A stretch of DNA of 64,000 nucleotides from Mobula hypostoma (taxonomy: Eukaryota), in assembly GCF_963921235.1 (NCBI RefSeq), contig NC_086097.1, positions 237,834,001 to 237,898,000 on the forward strand. The letters run 5' to 3'. The translations under genes were made by a program, and so were the position numbers. Each line of letters opens with the position of its first letter. The first letter of the stretch is position 1. The notes beneath the pieces are model-generated. The model was not told the DNA's origin. It was given only the letters and a program-made list of their open reading frames with translations, and searched no databases. Positions 11,841 to 23,372 of this stretch are shown piece by piece.

Positions 11841-12799
11841 CTATTTAGAAAAACAAACAAAAATACGCATCAGAAGAAACAATTTAATGTAAAACTAATT
11901 TCCTTTAAAAGAATCTTGTTATTTAATACTCTCCAGTGTTGATGTGATGCACTTCAATGCAAGGAAAATATATAAATCATAACTAGCATTACACCTATTT
12001 ATTATAAAAGCAGTGAAAAAATGTTGCTCAATTCACTCTCAGTTTCCATATCGCATCATTAAACCAGGCTTAAGGAACGATTCTGACGCTCAGCAGATCT
12101 GAAGTACCAAAGCAGAGCATTCTTTGAAAATGTAAATCCAGAAAGTGAAGATTCTCCAGTAAACACTGAGCAAGATTGTTTGAAAGCCTAAAACACTAAA
12201 AACAAACACACAAGTATTTTGCTCTGTTTACGTGAAGCAAATAGTATTCTGAATTAATGTGCTTAATTTAACTTGATAAAACCTAATACACAAATATTTT
12301 GTTGAGGTTCTCAAGAAGAACAAATGTATATTTAGTGCAGTCAAGTGTACTTGGTACCTTATTGGTTGAACTCAGAGCATTAAAGCAAACATGTCTAAAC
12401 CCTAGAGGGAAATTTTCATCGACAAATTGACAACACCATACGATCTGGAAAATATACAAAGAGGCAATATCTTTAATATACTGGATTATTCATAAGCAGG
12501 ATGTTTGTTCGATTTTGATGAACTTTCAGTGTGTTTGTAACTGTTTGTATTTTCTTATTTATTTGTTCTTTTCTTTCATTTTATAATGGCATTGAAGGAG
12601 AGGACGTTCAGCCGATGGAGTCTGTACTGGATCCAACAGAAGCAATCCCAGTTCTTTCCCTTTCTTCCTTATACCTTGCAACTTATTCTCTCTCACACAT
12701 GTCTCACATCTTCCCTATTATTAATACACCTGATAACATTTGAAAAACCTCTCAAATCATTGATTATGTATAGATACAAGCTTTAGAAGGATAAATTAT

Positions 12800-13176
12800 T
12801 TAGTTAGTTAGTCATACTTTATTGATCCCGGGGGAAATTGGTTTTCGTTACAGTTGCACCATAAATAATAATAGAACCATAAATAGTTAAATAGTAATAT
12901 GTAAATTATGCCAGTAAATTATGAAATAAGTCCAGGACCAGCCTATTGGCTCAGGGTGTCTGACCCTCCAAGGGAGGAGTTGTAAAGTTTGATGGCCACA
13001 GGCAGGAATGACTTCCTATGACGCTCTGTGTTGCATCTCGGTGGAATGAGTCTCTGGCTGAATGTACTCCTGTGCCCACCCAGTACATTATGTAGTGGAT
13101 GGGAGACATTGACCAAGATAGCATGCAACTTGGACAGCATCCTCTTTTCAGACACCACCGTGAGAGAGTCCAGTTC
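12800..13176 (-). mobile_element. Young Rex1/Babar-like 3' end
   Basis: ORF ..SHPLH..RLIPPRCNTERHRKSFLPVAIKLYNSS; AATAAA followed by a short tandem tail. Confidence 0.85.
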
Positions 13177-15342
13177 TCTCACTGCATGTTGAGAGAACAA
13201 AGTGCTTTGACTGGGAATAGTAGTTCTATTTTTGTATTGTGGTTTCACACATGCCATGGTCCTGACATTATTCATGTTCTTGAGGAAAAGCTATCACCTG
13301 AGAATCCATGGATGGAGAGAAAAATGATGAAAGAATTATTTTGAATGTGTTCTCCTGGAGGCTGCTGAAAAGAACTCTGCAGAGACATCTGATCAGGACA
13401 TTTTTTTTTCTTCTTTCCTTGTTAGATAAAGCATGGTTTCTTCCCCTCCACTATCAGATTTCTGACCGTACAATGCACCCTTATGAAACTACCTCACTTT
13501 TCTTTCTGACTTCTTTTTCTTCTTTTTGCACCACTTATTTATATACTGTATATAAATAACTTCCTTAATATTATTAGGTTGTTATAGCGGGGCTGGTAAT
13601 GGGGATAAGATCCCACTATATTCATGGAAATATATATTTTGTTTTGTTATGAAATCTGCAAAAAGTAAATACATCTCATTCTGTAAAACAATTAAATAAT
13701 CTCAATGGCTGTGAAATAAATTATGCAAAACTTTGTTAAAAACTGGAAAACATAGAGCTTCAAACAATCTTGTTCCTAATTGTGGGTTTTTGTATATTTT
13801 TTCAAAAGTGGTTTTCTGAATGTTTAAATAATTAATAGGTTAAGGATTGCACGTTAAGAGTTCAAATGAATTAAAAAGAAATAATTTTGAAGTTATGCTT
13901 CTTGGTTAAAAATACGAGGACAGAATCCATCCATATTGGAGAACATGCTAAATTCTTAACCATGACAGGCTTGTGGACTGAAGTATATTTGACAATGATC
14001 AAAACAACTAATTATACTTAGAGAGCCTAGAGCCCCCAAATATTACACAAATTTGTCACCCTTTACCAATAAAGCCAAAAGTGTTGTGTGTCCACCTTTA
14101 TTGTCTTCCAATTTCCTACTTTTGGTGCCTGCTATACTTCACATAAGGTTGCTATTTGGGAGAGTCACTGTTTTGATCAGATCCATTGGTCAGCTGGCTC
14201 AAATAATAATGTATATATGTCCTGAAGGGGAAAGGAAAACTGACTGAAAATATCTCGTCTCACAGATTTGACTTGGAAAAGTGGTACTGGCTCAGTTGTA
14301 TCAATTCAGCCCCATGATATGACAAATTAAAGCATGTGAATCCAATAGAAATGTTGAACAACAGTGAAATAAAACTAAGTTTGAAAGCACACTGCAACAT
14401 TGAATTCAAATTTTAAAAGAATCAGTCAGAAAATGGTTTGCATTATTTCAATGCTATACCTTACAGCAATCAGATATGTCATTAGGATTTTCATAATGCA
14501 GCATTTAAAGATGGGGAAAATATATCTGAGATTAAATCAGTTTTCCCAGTGTCAAAATGAGGGCTTGTGATAGATTGGCAATGCGCTTTACACCCTACGT
14601 GACTGAAGTAAACAGAAAGGAAAATTGGAAGGGTTATAAGACAAAATTGCTAACAAAATTTTGATGTTATCGGACAAAGCCCTAAAATATTCAGTGTTCT
14701 CAGAAAACAATGTTTTATGGTCTTTGGTATAAATAGATATGTCTTCAACTTTAATAGCAGCAGAATATTCAACTGCAGTTATGATGATGTTGATCTGAGT
14801 TCAATTGACATGGGACACAGCCTTTGCATTCTTTGCAGACCCTCTCAGTGGAAAAAATACTCAGCAATATTGATACACGAAAACTTTGCAAAGTATTTGA
14901 AGACTTTTTGTACCTTGAAGTGGTCAATTCCTCAGAATGAATAAGATAAAAATGGACATGAAGTGTATTTGACCTATTCCTTCTGAAAAACCTATCCTTG
15001 TCATCCCTCACTAGCTCAGTTCTTGAGTTCATTTTCCTGAACGTACCTGCAGTCCCTGACAGAACTAGATTACAAGATTACCAGCAATAGACAGAATCAA
15101 ATTTGTGCTGGTATAAAGGATCTTAAATTGAAGAAGCAATAATATGCAAGTGGTTTAATAGATCCTGTCCTGACCTTCATGCTGTAAATATGATATACGA
15201 GCATAAGAAAAAGTACTAAAAAGGTTTAAATGGATGGCAGTACAACAGGGTGTACCATCTTCAAAATAAATTAATGAACTGAGGTGTTTTCTCCAGAAAG
15301 TATAATACAAAGAGCTGAACTAATAAAGGTCTAGCTTACAAA

Positions 15343-15800
15343 GTTCAAAGTAAATTTATTATCAAAGTACATATTCAGTATGTCACCATATGCAACCCAG
15401 AGAGTTATTTTCTTGCAGGCATAGTCAATAAATCCACAATAGAATAATAACCATAATAGGATCAATGAAAGAGTGCACCAACTTGAGTGTTCCACCTGTG
15501 CACAAAAGACAACAAACTGTGCAAATACAAAAAGAAAGAAATAATAACAATAAATAAATAAGCAATAAATATTGAGAGCCTGAGATGAAGGGTGTTTGAA
15601 AGTGAGTGCATTAGTTGTGGAAACATTTCAATGATAGGACAAGTGAAGTTGAGTGAAGTTATCCCCTTTGCTTCAAGAGCCTGATGGTTGAAGAGAAATA
15701 ATTGTTCCTGAATTTGGTGGTGTGAGTCCTGAAGTTCCTGTACCTTCTCATTGATGTCAGCAGCAAGAAGAGAGCACGTCCTGTGTGGTAGGGGTCCCTG
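15343..15800 (-). mobile_element. Old LINE 3' end and UTR relic (Rex1-like)
   Basis: gataataaatttactttgaacttt terminus shared with about 31170-31195 and 32800-32828; ttcaggaacaattatttc..accatcaggctcttgaa. Confidence 0.6.
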
Positions 15801-15946
15801 ATGAGAATAAGGTAGGCCTGAAAATGTATTAACTTATAGACATATGACAGTTTTTAAGAAAACTAATAAAGCAGCAAATGGAAACTTTAAAAAAACTGTA
15901 ATTATGTTCAAATAATCTATGTTTAAAAGTCCAGGTTAATAATAAT

Positions 15947-16266
15947 GATTAGCTTTGTTTGTCACTTGAACGTTGGAACATACAGCAAAATGTGGCATTT
16001 GCATCAAACCAAATCAGCGAGGATTGCACTGGGCAACCTACAAGTGTTGTCATGCTTCCGGCACCAACACAGCATGCTGATAATTTACTAACCCTCACCC
16101 ATACATCTTTGGAATGCTGAAGGAAACTGGAGCACCTGGAGGGAACCCACACAGTCATCAGGAGAACAAACAAGCTCATTACAGACCGTGGCGGGAATCG
16201 GACCCTGATCTTACAGGTGGGACTGTCATGCCACAATGCCAACCACTGCACTGCCATGTCGCCCCT
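15947..16266 (-). mobile_element. tRNA-derived V-SINE (HE1-like)
   Basis: tRNA-like head; V-domain gtgtgggttccctccaggtgctccagtttcc. Confidence 0.75.
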
Positions 16267-16402
16267 TAAATTGCATTACAAATCTGGGTGGATGTGTGAC
16301 AGTGAGGAACAGAAGGATATTCGGCATAGTGAGCAGAAGCAAACTAACGGGAGACTTATGTTAAGCATAAGAGTATAAGTTTCCTTCAAGTCCAGATCCA
16401 CT

Positions 16403-16646
16403 ATTCCACCGAGATGCAATACAGAGCATCATAGGAAGTCATTCCTGCCTGTGGCCATCAAACTTTACAACTCCTCCCTTGGAGGGTCAGACACCCTGAG
16501 CCAATAGGCTGGTCCTGGACTTACTTCCGGACATAATTTACATATTAATATTTAATTATTTATGGTTTTATTACTACTTAATTATTTATGGTGCAACTGT
16601 AACAAAAACCAATTTCCCCTGGGATCAATAAAGTATGACTATGACT
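16403..16646 (+). mobile_element. Young Rex1/Babar-like 3' end, same family as 12800-13176
   Basis: Near-identical reverse complement of 12809-13047. Confidence 0.85.
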
Positions 16647-16649
16647 TAG

Positions 16650-16731
16650 CAGGGGTTACCCAACTGGGGTCCATGGGTCCTTTGGTTAATGGTAAGGGTC
16701 CATGGCATAAAAAAAAGGTTAGGAATCCCTG
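16650..16731. mobile_element. hAT-type MITE
   Basis: Termini caggggttacccaac and gttaggaatccctg. Confidence 0.65.
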
Positions 16732-17489
16732 CTCTAGGGTATTTGATTTGCACTACAAGATATATGCACCATTGTTCAAGTTTCAACCAGTAAAATTGTG
16801 TACAGAAATGGAGTTATAGGTCAAGTCAACCAACAGTTACTTGCAATAAATTAAATGCAAATGTATGTGAACACTTTTCCCTGAAATCAATTTGCTTTCA
16901 AAAGTACTGGGTAAAATCTCAATGCATGTTATTATACCTCAATTCACAATCCACAAATACAATAAAGGAAAATTATTTTGTTAAAACTAGTGTGCATTCA
17001 ACATGAATACATGAAAGTGAATTGTCCCAGGAGCGTATGAAAAGCAGCACATGAGTGAACATATTAGGAATATTCGAAACTCTCTGCGGTTGCAGTGACA
17101 TGCGTAATTGAAAGTCATGGAGCTTGCAAAAAATATGATACTGGAAATTAAAACAGAGAAAACAAATAGCTTTTCTCTTAAACAGTTAGAAATACAGTTC
17201 AACTAAGTCTATCTCAATAAAGAAAAAATGCATAAAACACATTATGTGCATTTTATGATCTAAGATTGAATTTGCTCAAGGTAATCATCTACAACATATG
17301 AACAAATATATTTGTTATACCACTGTAATATTATGCAAAAATTTTACTAGTTATTATAAACCAATACTTTCCCATGGAAACTACTTGGATCTGCTGTAAT
17401 TTGCCTACTGGCACAACAGTTCCACAGCAGATTTCATTTAATTGGTTCTTCACTCAACCTTGCAACATCTGGACATCAAAGATCTGACA

Positions 17490-18045
17490 GCATACATCAG
17501 GATGCTCTTTATCGACTAAAGCTTGACATTCAATACTAATATCCCCCAAAACTAAACAATAAGCTTCAAGACATTAGCCTATATAAACCCTTGTACAAAT
17601 GGATCCTCAAATTCCTCACTTGCAGACCACAGTCAGTTTGCATTATCAATAATATCTCCAGAACAATCTCCATCAGCGCAGGTATACCTCAAGTCTGTGT
17701 GCTTAGCCCACTGCTCTACTTGCTTTACACTTACGACTGAGTGGTTAATCACAGCTCCAATGTCATATTCAGGTTTGCTAACAACAGCATTGTCCTAGGC
17801 TGAATCAAAGGTGGTGACGAATCAGCATACAGGGGGGAGATTGAAAGTCTGGCTGACTGGTGCCTCAGCAACAATCTCTTACTCAATGTCAGCAAGACCA
17901 GGGAGCTGATTATTGACTTCAGGAGGAGGAAACTGGTAGTTGATGAGCCAGTCCTCGTCTAGGGATCAGAGGTGGAGAGGGTCATCAACTTTAAATTCCT
18001 CGGTGTTATCATTTCAGACGATCTGTCCTGGGCCCAGTACATAAG
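17490..18045 (+). mobile_element. Degraded Rex1/Babar-like RT fragment
   Basis: Colinear with about 4860-5400 (catcaggatgctcttt, tgtgtgcttagcccactgctctact, MERVINFKFLGV). Confidence 0.75.
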
Positions 18046-18049
18046 AAAA

Positions 18050-19430
18050 ATAATGATGCTTTTATTCCTTGTACGAAAGTGCATGAACATACATTTTCCA
18101 ACACTGTATTTAATCTGCCACTTCTTTGCCCATTCTCCTCATCTGTATAAGTCCTTCTGTCGACATCCTGCTTACTCAACACTACAATTCCCTCCAGCAT
18201 CCTCATATCATCTGCAAACTTGACCACAAACTCATTACTTCATCATCCCAATCATTAACCTATAAACTGAAAAGAAGAGGTCCCAGCACTGACCCCTGCG
18301 GAACTCTATTTGTCACGGGCAGCCAACCAGAAAAGGCATCTTTTATTCAAACTCTTTCTCTCTTGCCAGTCAACCAATCTTTTTAAACAACACCAGCAAG
18401 ATGTTGGAAGAACTCAGCAGGCCAGGCAGCATCTAAGGAAAAGAATACCGTTGGTATTTCGGGCTGAGACCCTTCAGCAGAACTCTCCTCTCTCTTTTAC
18501 TCTAATACAGTACGTATATCTGAATAAGGTTTTTGTATCGTCATATATTATTAACTAGCTTATCTTTACATTTTATCTTTACTCTCTTTATGTTTTAGTT
18601 GCCTTCTGTTGGTTCTTAAAAGTTTCCCAGTCCTCTAACTTTCCACTATTTTTTGCTATATTATATGCCCTCACTTTTGTTTTTATGCTGTCTTTGACTT
18701 CCTTCTCAGCCACGGTTATCACATCCTCCCTTTAGAATACTTCTTTATCTGTGGGCTGTATCTATCCTGTGCTTTCCAAATTGTTGTTAGAAACTCCAGC
18801 CATTGTCGTTGTGGTATAATTCCTCTTAGTGCCCTTCCAATCAACTTTGGACAGCTCCGCTCTCGTGTTTCTGTAATTCCCTTTACTCTATTGTAATACT
18901 GATACATCTAAATTTAGCTCTCCCTCTCAAACTACAAGTTGAATTCAATCATATCATGATCACTACCTCCTAAAGATTACTTTACCTTGAGCCTCCTCAT
19001 CAAATCTGATTCATTGCACAACACGCAATCCAAAATTGCCTTTTCCGTAGTTGCCCCAACCACAAGCTGCTCTAAAAAGCCAACTTGTAGGCATTCAACA
19101 AATTCCCTCTTGGGATCTAGCACCAACCAAATTTTCCCAGTATACCTGCATATTGAAATCCACCACAACTATCGTAACACTGCCCTTTTGACATGCGTTT
19201 TCCACTTCCCATTGTAATTTACATCCTGCATCCCGGATATTGTTCAGAAGCCTGTATGTAACTCCAATCAGGGTCTTATTACCTTTGCAGTTTCTAAACT
19301 CTACCCACCAGGACACCTTCCAATCTTGTATCAACTCTTTCTAAGGATTTGATTTCATTCTTTACCAACGGAGCCACGCCGCCCCCTCTGCCTACCTGCC
19401 TGTCCATTTGATATAATGTGTATCCTTTGC
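18050..19430 (-). mobile_element. Degraded CR1 fragments (APE endonuclease and RT), with a Penelope repeat relic at about 18385-18481
   Basis: WVEFRNCKG..LIGVTYR, DFNMQ, AILDCVLCNE and VKFADD motifs. Confidence 0.85.
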
Positions 19431-19718
19431 ATTCAAATATAAAAGGATTTGTACTTTATTCATCACCCTTTTTGATTTGGGCTCCCCGTTACACCTTAGC
19501 TCATCCCACTAACTGCACTTTTGCTCCATCATCTGGCAGTCCTTCCTCACAACGCACTAACAATAACCGTTCATCCTTGGAATGTAGGAGGAAACTGGAG
19601 CACCTTATCACGGGAGAATGCACAAACTCTTTAAAGACAGTGGCGGGAAAGGAACACTGAACTCCAAGCCAGTACTGTAAAGAGATTGTGCTAAATGTTA
19701 CACTATCATGGCAACTTA

Positions 19719-19828
19719 ATTTAAAATTAATAACTAACCAAGTGTAACATCCTACATTTAAAATGAATAACTGACCAAGCATAACTCCATACATTTAAAA
19801 TTAATAACTGACCAAGCATGACTTATCC
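19719..19828. repeat. Three-copy 37-bp minisatellite
   Basis: Units start at 19719, 19756 and 19793 (atttaaaattaataactgaccaagc...). Confidence 0.9.
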
Positions 19829-20189
19829 TTTGGTTATGAATGCTCGAAACTGTGATGGGTATTATTTGCCAACATCTTTCCTAACTTAGAGAATATGCAT
19901 CTTAGACGTTGATTGCACAGCAGTGGAAATAGCTTTTTTCTATTGATCAGCTCCTCTTTACTAATAACTTCCTAAACTGCAGTGAATACAACCTACATTT
20001 ATGCAATTCTTCCGTGAAATTTAATCTATTGATTTGAGATATCATTCTGGTAAATCGTTGGTGCATTTTTTCCAGCTCTGTCCACCCTGCAGTGTGGCAT
20101 TTAAATCTGTACTCATGACATCTAGGCACCTATCAATAACAGACCTCCAGATACAAGAAACAGCGTTTTCCCTGAAGTCTTATGAATCT

Positions 20190-20595
20190 TCTAATAAGAA
20201 CGTTAGGGTGGTGGGATGGAGATACGTCTCTACCAAAGGAGGTGTAGAACACTTCCTTCCCTCTGCTAGCCTGCAGGTCACCCTTGGGTAAGGTGAAGCA
20301 ACTGCCTAGCCATCCCCCCAGCCCCCCAATCAGGGTCACATGAAGCCATGAAAGCAAGTGTTGGATGGTCCTATGAACAGCAGGTGCATATCACAAGTCC
20401 TGGTTATACGACCACCGACGCCAGGCAAATAATCCCTGAAATGTATTGATAATGGCTGTGATCACCTGTCTTGTAAAGACACTGCACAGAAGAAGGCAAT
20501 GGCAAACCACTTCTGGAGAAAAATTTGCCAAGAACAATCATGGTCATAAGAATCTGATTGTCTACGTCATATGACATAACACATAATGAAGATGA
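20190..20595 (+). mobile_element. Non-autonomous RTE-related element
   Basis: Contains agaaggcaatggcaaaccact (RTE/Bov-B-type motif, shared with 23263-23283); short tgaa-like tail. Confidence 0.55.
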
Positions 20596-20730
20596 ATAGG
20601 ACCCTTAATTGTCTTTTCTTCTAGCTTCTTCTTCCAGCTTTTCACCATTCTACTGTTATTACCTTCAACCATAAATCTCCTGAACCAACATGGATAATTT
20701 TACGCACCTCAGCACTAACTATTTGGACTC

Positions 20731-21127
20731 CGGCCATATTATTTGCCAAGGGAAATCTCACATGCAATTGTGGTTGTTGTGTACATCCCTCCCTCTGCCA
20801 ACCCGACGTCGGCGTGTAACATCATTTACACCATTGGGCACAGGAGTACATTCAGCCAGAGACTCATTCCACCGGGATGTAGCACTGAGTGTCATGGGAA
20901 GTCACTCCTGCCTGTGGCTATCAAAGTTGGCAGCTCCTCCCTTGGAGGGTCAGACACCCTGGGCCAATGGGCTGGTCCTGGACTTATTTTCGTCTGGCAT
21001 GGTTTACATATTATTATTTGATTGTTTGTGGTTTTGTATTGCTATGTTTGTACTCTGTTCTTGGTTGGTGCAGCTGTAATGAAACCCAATTTCCCTCGGG
21101 ATCAATAAAGTACGTCTATCTATCTAT
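20731..21127 (+). mobile_element. Internally deleted Rex1/Babar-like copy (endonuclease piece fused to 3' end)
   Basis: RPYYLPREISHAIVVVVYIPPSA joined to GHRSTFSQRLIPP; (TATC)n tail. Confidence 0.8.
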
Positions 21128-21639
21128 CTAACTTATGGACTCACTGCCAAGGACTCTACAATTCATCTTCTCAGTATTATTTATTGACTTATTTATATTT
21201 ATTATTAGCTTTTTGTTATATTTGCCTATTTTGTCTTTTTTTGCACATTGGTTGTCTGTCTTTGCGTGTAGTTTGTCATTGATTCTATTTTATTTCTTTG
21301 TTCGACTCTGAATGGCCACGAGAAAATTAATCTCAGAATAGTATATGGTGAAATATATGAACTTTAATAAGGAGTTTACTTTGCACTTTAATTTAGGAGT
21401 TACTCTGCTCCTAGATCTTGACACTGACCGCTAGAAAAATTATTTCCCTCTGTGTTGGACATCACATACTTACCATGCATTGTTGTCATTCCTTTGAAGT
21501 CAACTTACAGGATCTTGGCATTCTTGGCAAGACTGGAATCCATTGTCCATTTTTACTGCCCTTGAGTAGGGGGCAGTGATTCATCTATCTGAACTACAGC
21601 AGTCCTCTTTGCACAGATACTGCGATACTGTGAAGGGGA

Positions 21640-22464
21640 GGCAGAGCGAAATTAAGATGGCGCTAAACGGCGACTCCTTTGCTTGTATCTTTGGAAACAG
21701 CTCTATTTCCATCTTTAATATCTTTATTTTTTCCCTTTCAGGGTTCTTTTGAAGACCCTGACCTGGAGTTACATGCTGACTTTGGTTCTTTGCGAGAATG
21801 GGACCCGTTCTCGGGGTTTCAGTACTGCCCGTTGTTCGGTACGCCAAGGGTTCGGCCTGAAAGTCCGGGTCGGATTTGGAAGCCTAAGATCTCGGGGCTC
21901 TGGAGACGGGTGGATCGAGGGTTAGTGTCAAAGCAGGAGACCTGTGTGTTGTCAGGGGAGTTGGAAGATCTACTGACCAGGGATCTTTGTGATCTTCAGG
22001 CACAGAGCTCGAAAAAAGCAACATAACAGACTTTTAACATCATACACCTGCGAGTTGTTTGTTATGTCTCCCTGCTTGCTGGTGAAATGGAGACACCCCC
22101 TTCTCTCTTATTAGGGAAAGAAAGAACCTGTGGGATGTCGAATGCGGGGTGAAACGCGAAGTCTTTGGGGTAACCGCAAGTCTATGTCTTTGCTATTGCT
22201 TTGCTCACACTTGGGAGCTCGGTGGCAGAGCCGATGTTTGCTGGTTTTTGCCGGTGGGAGGAAGGGGGATTGTTGCTCACTGCTGTGTGGGAGGGAGGGG
22301 AGCTGGGGGGGGGGAACTTTGGGGTTATTACATTTAACTGTCATTCATTCTTTGGGGCACTACTCTGTTTCCGTGGATGTTTGTGAAGAAAAAGCATTTC
22401 AGGATGCATATTGTATACATTTCTCTGACATTAAATTGGACCTTTGAACCTTTGGACCTTTGAA
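21640..22464 (+). mobile_element. CpG-rich non-autonomous retroelement
   Basis: Starts near aagatggcg; ends attaaa then (acctttga)n; tail resembles the reverse of about 39717-39810. Confidence 0.6.
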
Positions 22465-23121
22465 ATGTGAGTTCCAGTCTTTGGACCCAGTAACAAAGAA
22501 GGAGCAATGATATAATACTGTATATTTCCAATTCAGAATGGTGTACACTGAGAGAGAAGCCCATTTCCACTTGCCGTTCTTGATGAAAGTGGATGTGGGC
22601 CGGATTGTCTAATTCTACTCCTACTGTATATATCATGGTCTTAATGTCTTCAAACTGCCCACTAAATGTATAAAATGATGCAGTAAGATCAGTAATGTTC
22701 TATTGCTTGCTAGATCAGTTACTTCTGTCCACTTTATGCTGTTGTTCTCTTGTTTCGCACTCATGTTGCAGTTAGCTTTGCATTTTTAATTCTTCCTTCA
22801 TGGCTGCCACTGTTTACTGAACTATGGTTCATCCACTGGTTTAACACTATGGTACAGTCCTGGATATCATTAAAGATCCCCATCACCAAGGACACATCTT
22901 CTTCTCATTGCTACTATCACAGAGGAGGTAAGGAGCCTGAAGACACGCACTCAATGTTTCAGGGACAGCTTCTTCCCTTCCGCCATCAGATTTCTGAATG
23001 GACAACGAACCCATGAACATTCGCTCAGCACTTTTCCCCTCTTTTTTTCACTACTTATTTAAATTATCTTTCTATAGACACCTCATTGTAATTTATAGTT
23101 TTTACGACTAAATATTGTAAC

Positions 23122-23372
23122 GTGATCCAGCATAGCGGCATCAGCACTGGACTGTGGGGCGGAGGTTCCGAAGTTCAAATCCAGCCGGGTCCCCCAGGCA
23201 CGCTTTCCATCCGTGCGGGGTTAAAAACTGGTGATCTCTTTGAAAAAAAAAACTCACCCGGCAGAAGGCAATGGCAAACCACTGCTGTAACTCATACGCA
23301 AATTCCAACTACGTCAGAACGGCGTGGGAGGAAGTCGTCCGCTACCCAGAAAAATTCTGGATGCGACCTACA
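23122..23372 (+). mobile_element. tRNA-headed SINE with RTE/Bov-B-like motif
   Basis: B-box-like gttcaaatcc; agaaggcaatggcaaaccact; inserted in a LINE 3' UTR relic (about 22860-23451). Confidence 0.6.

Noticed and set aside
16987..17202. Acceptor-like ttttctctgttttaatttccag with a 71-aa ORF
   Set aside because: The phase-1 frame stops within eight codons, and no homology was recognised.
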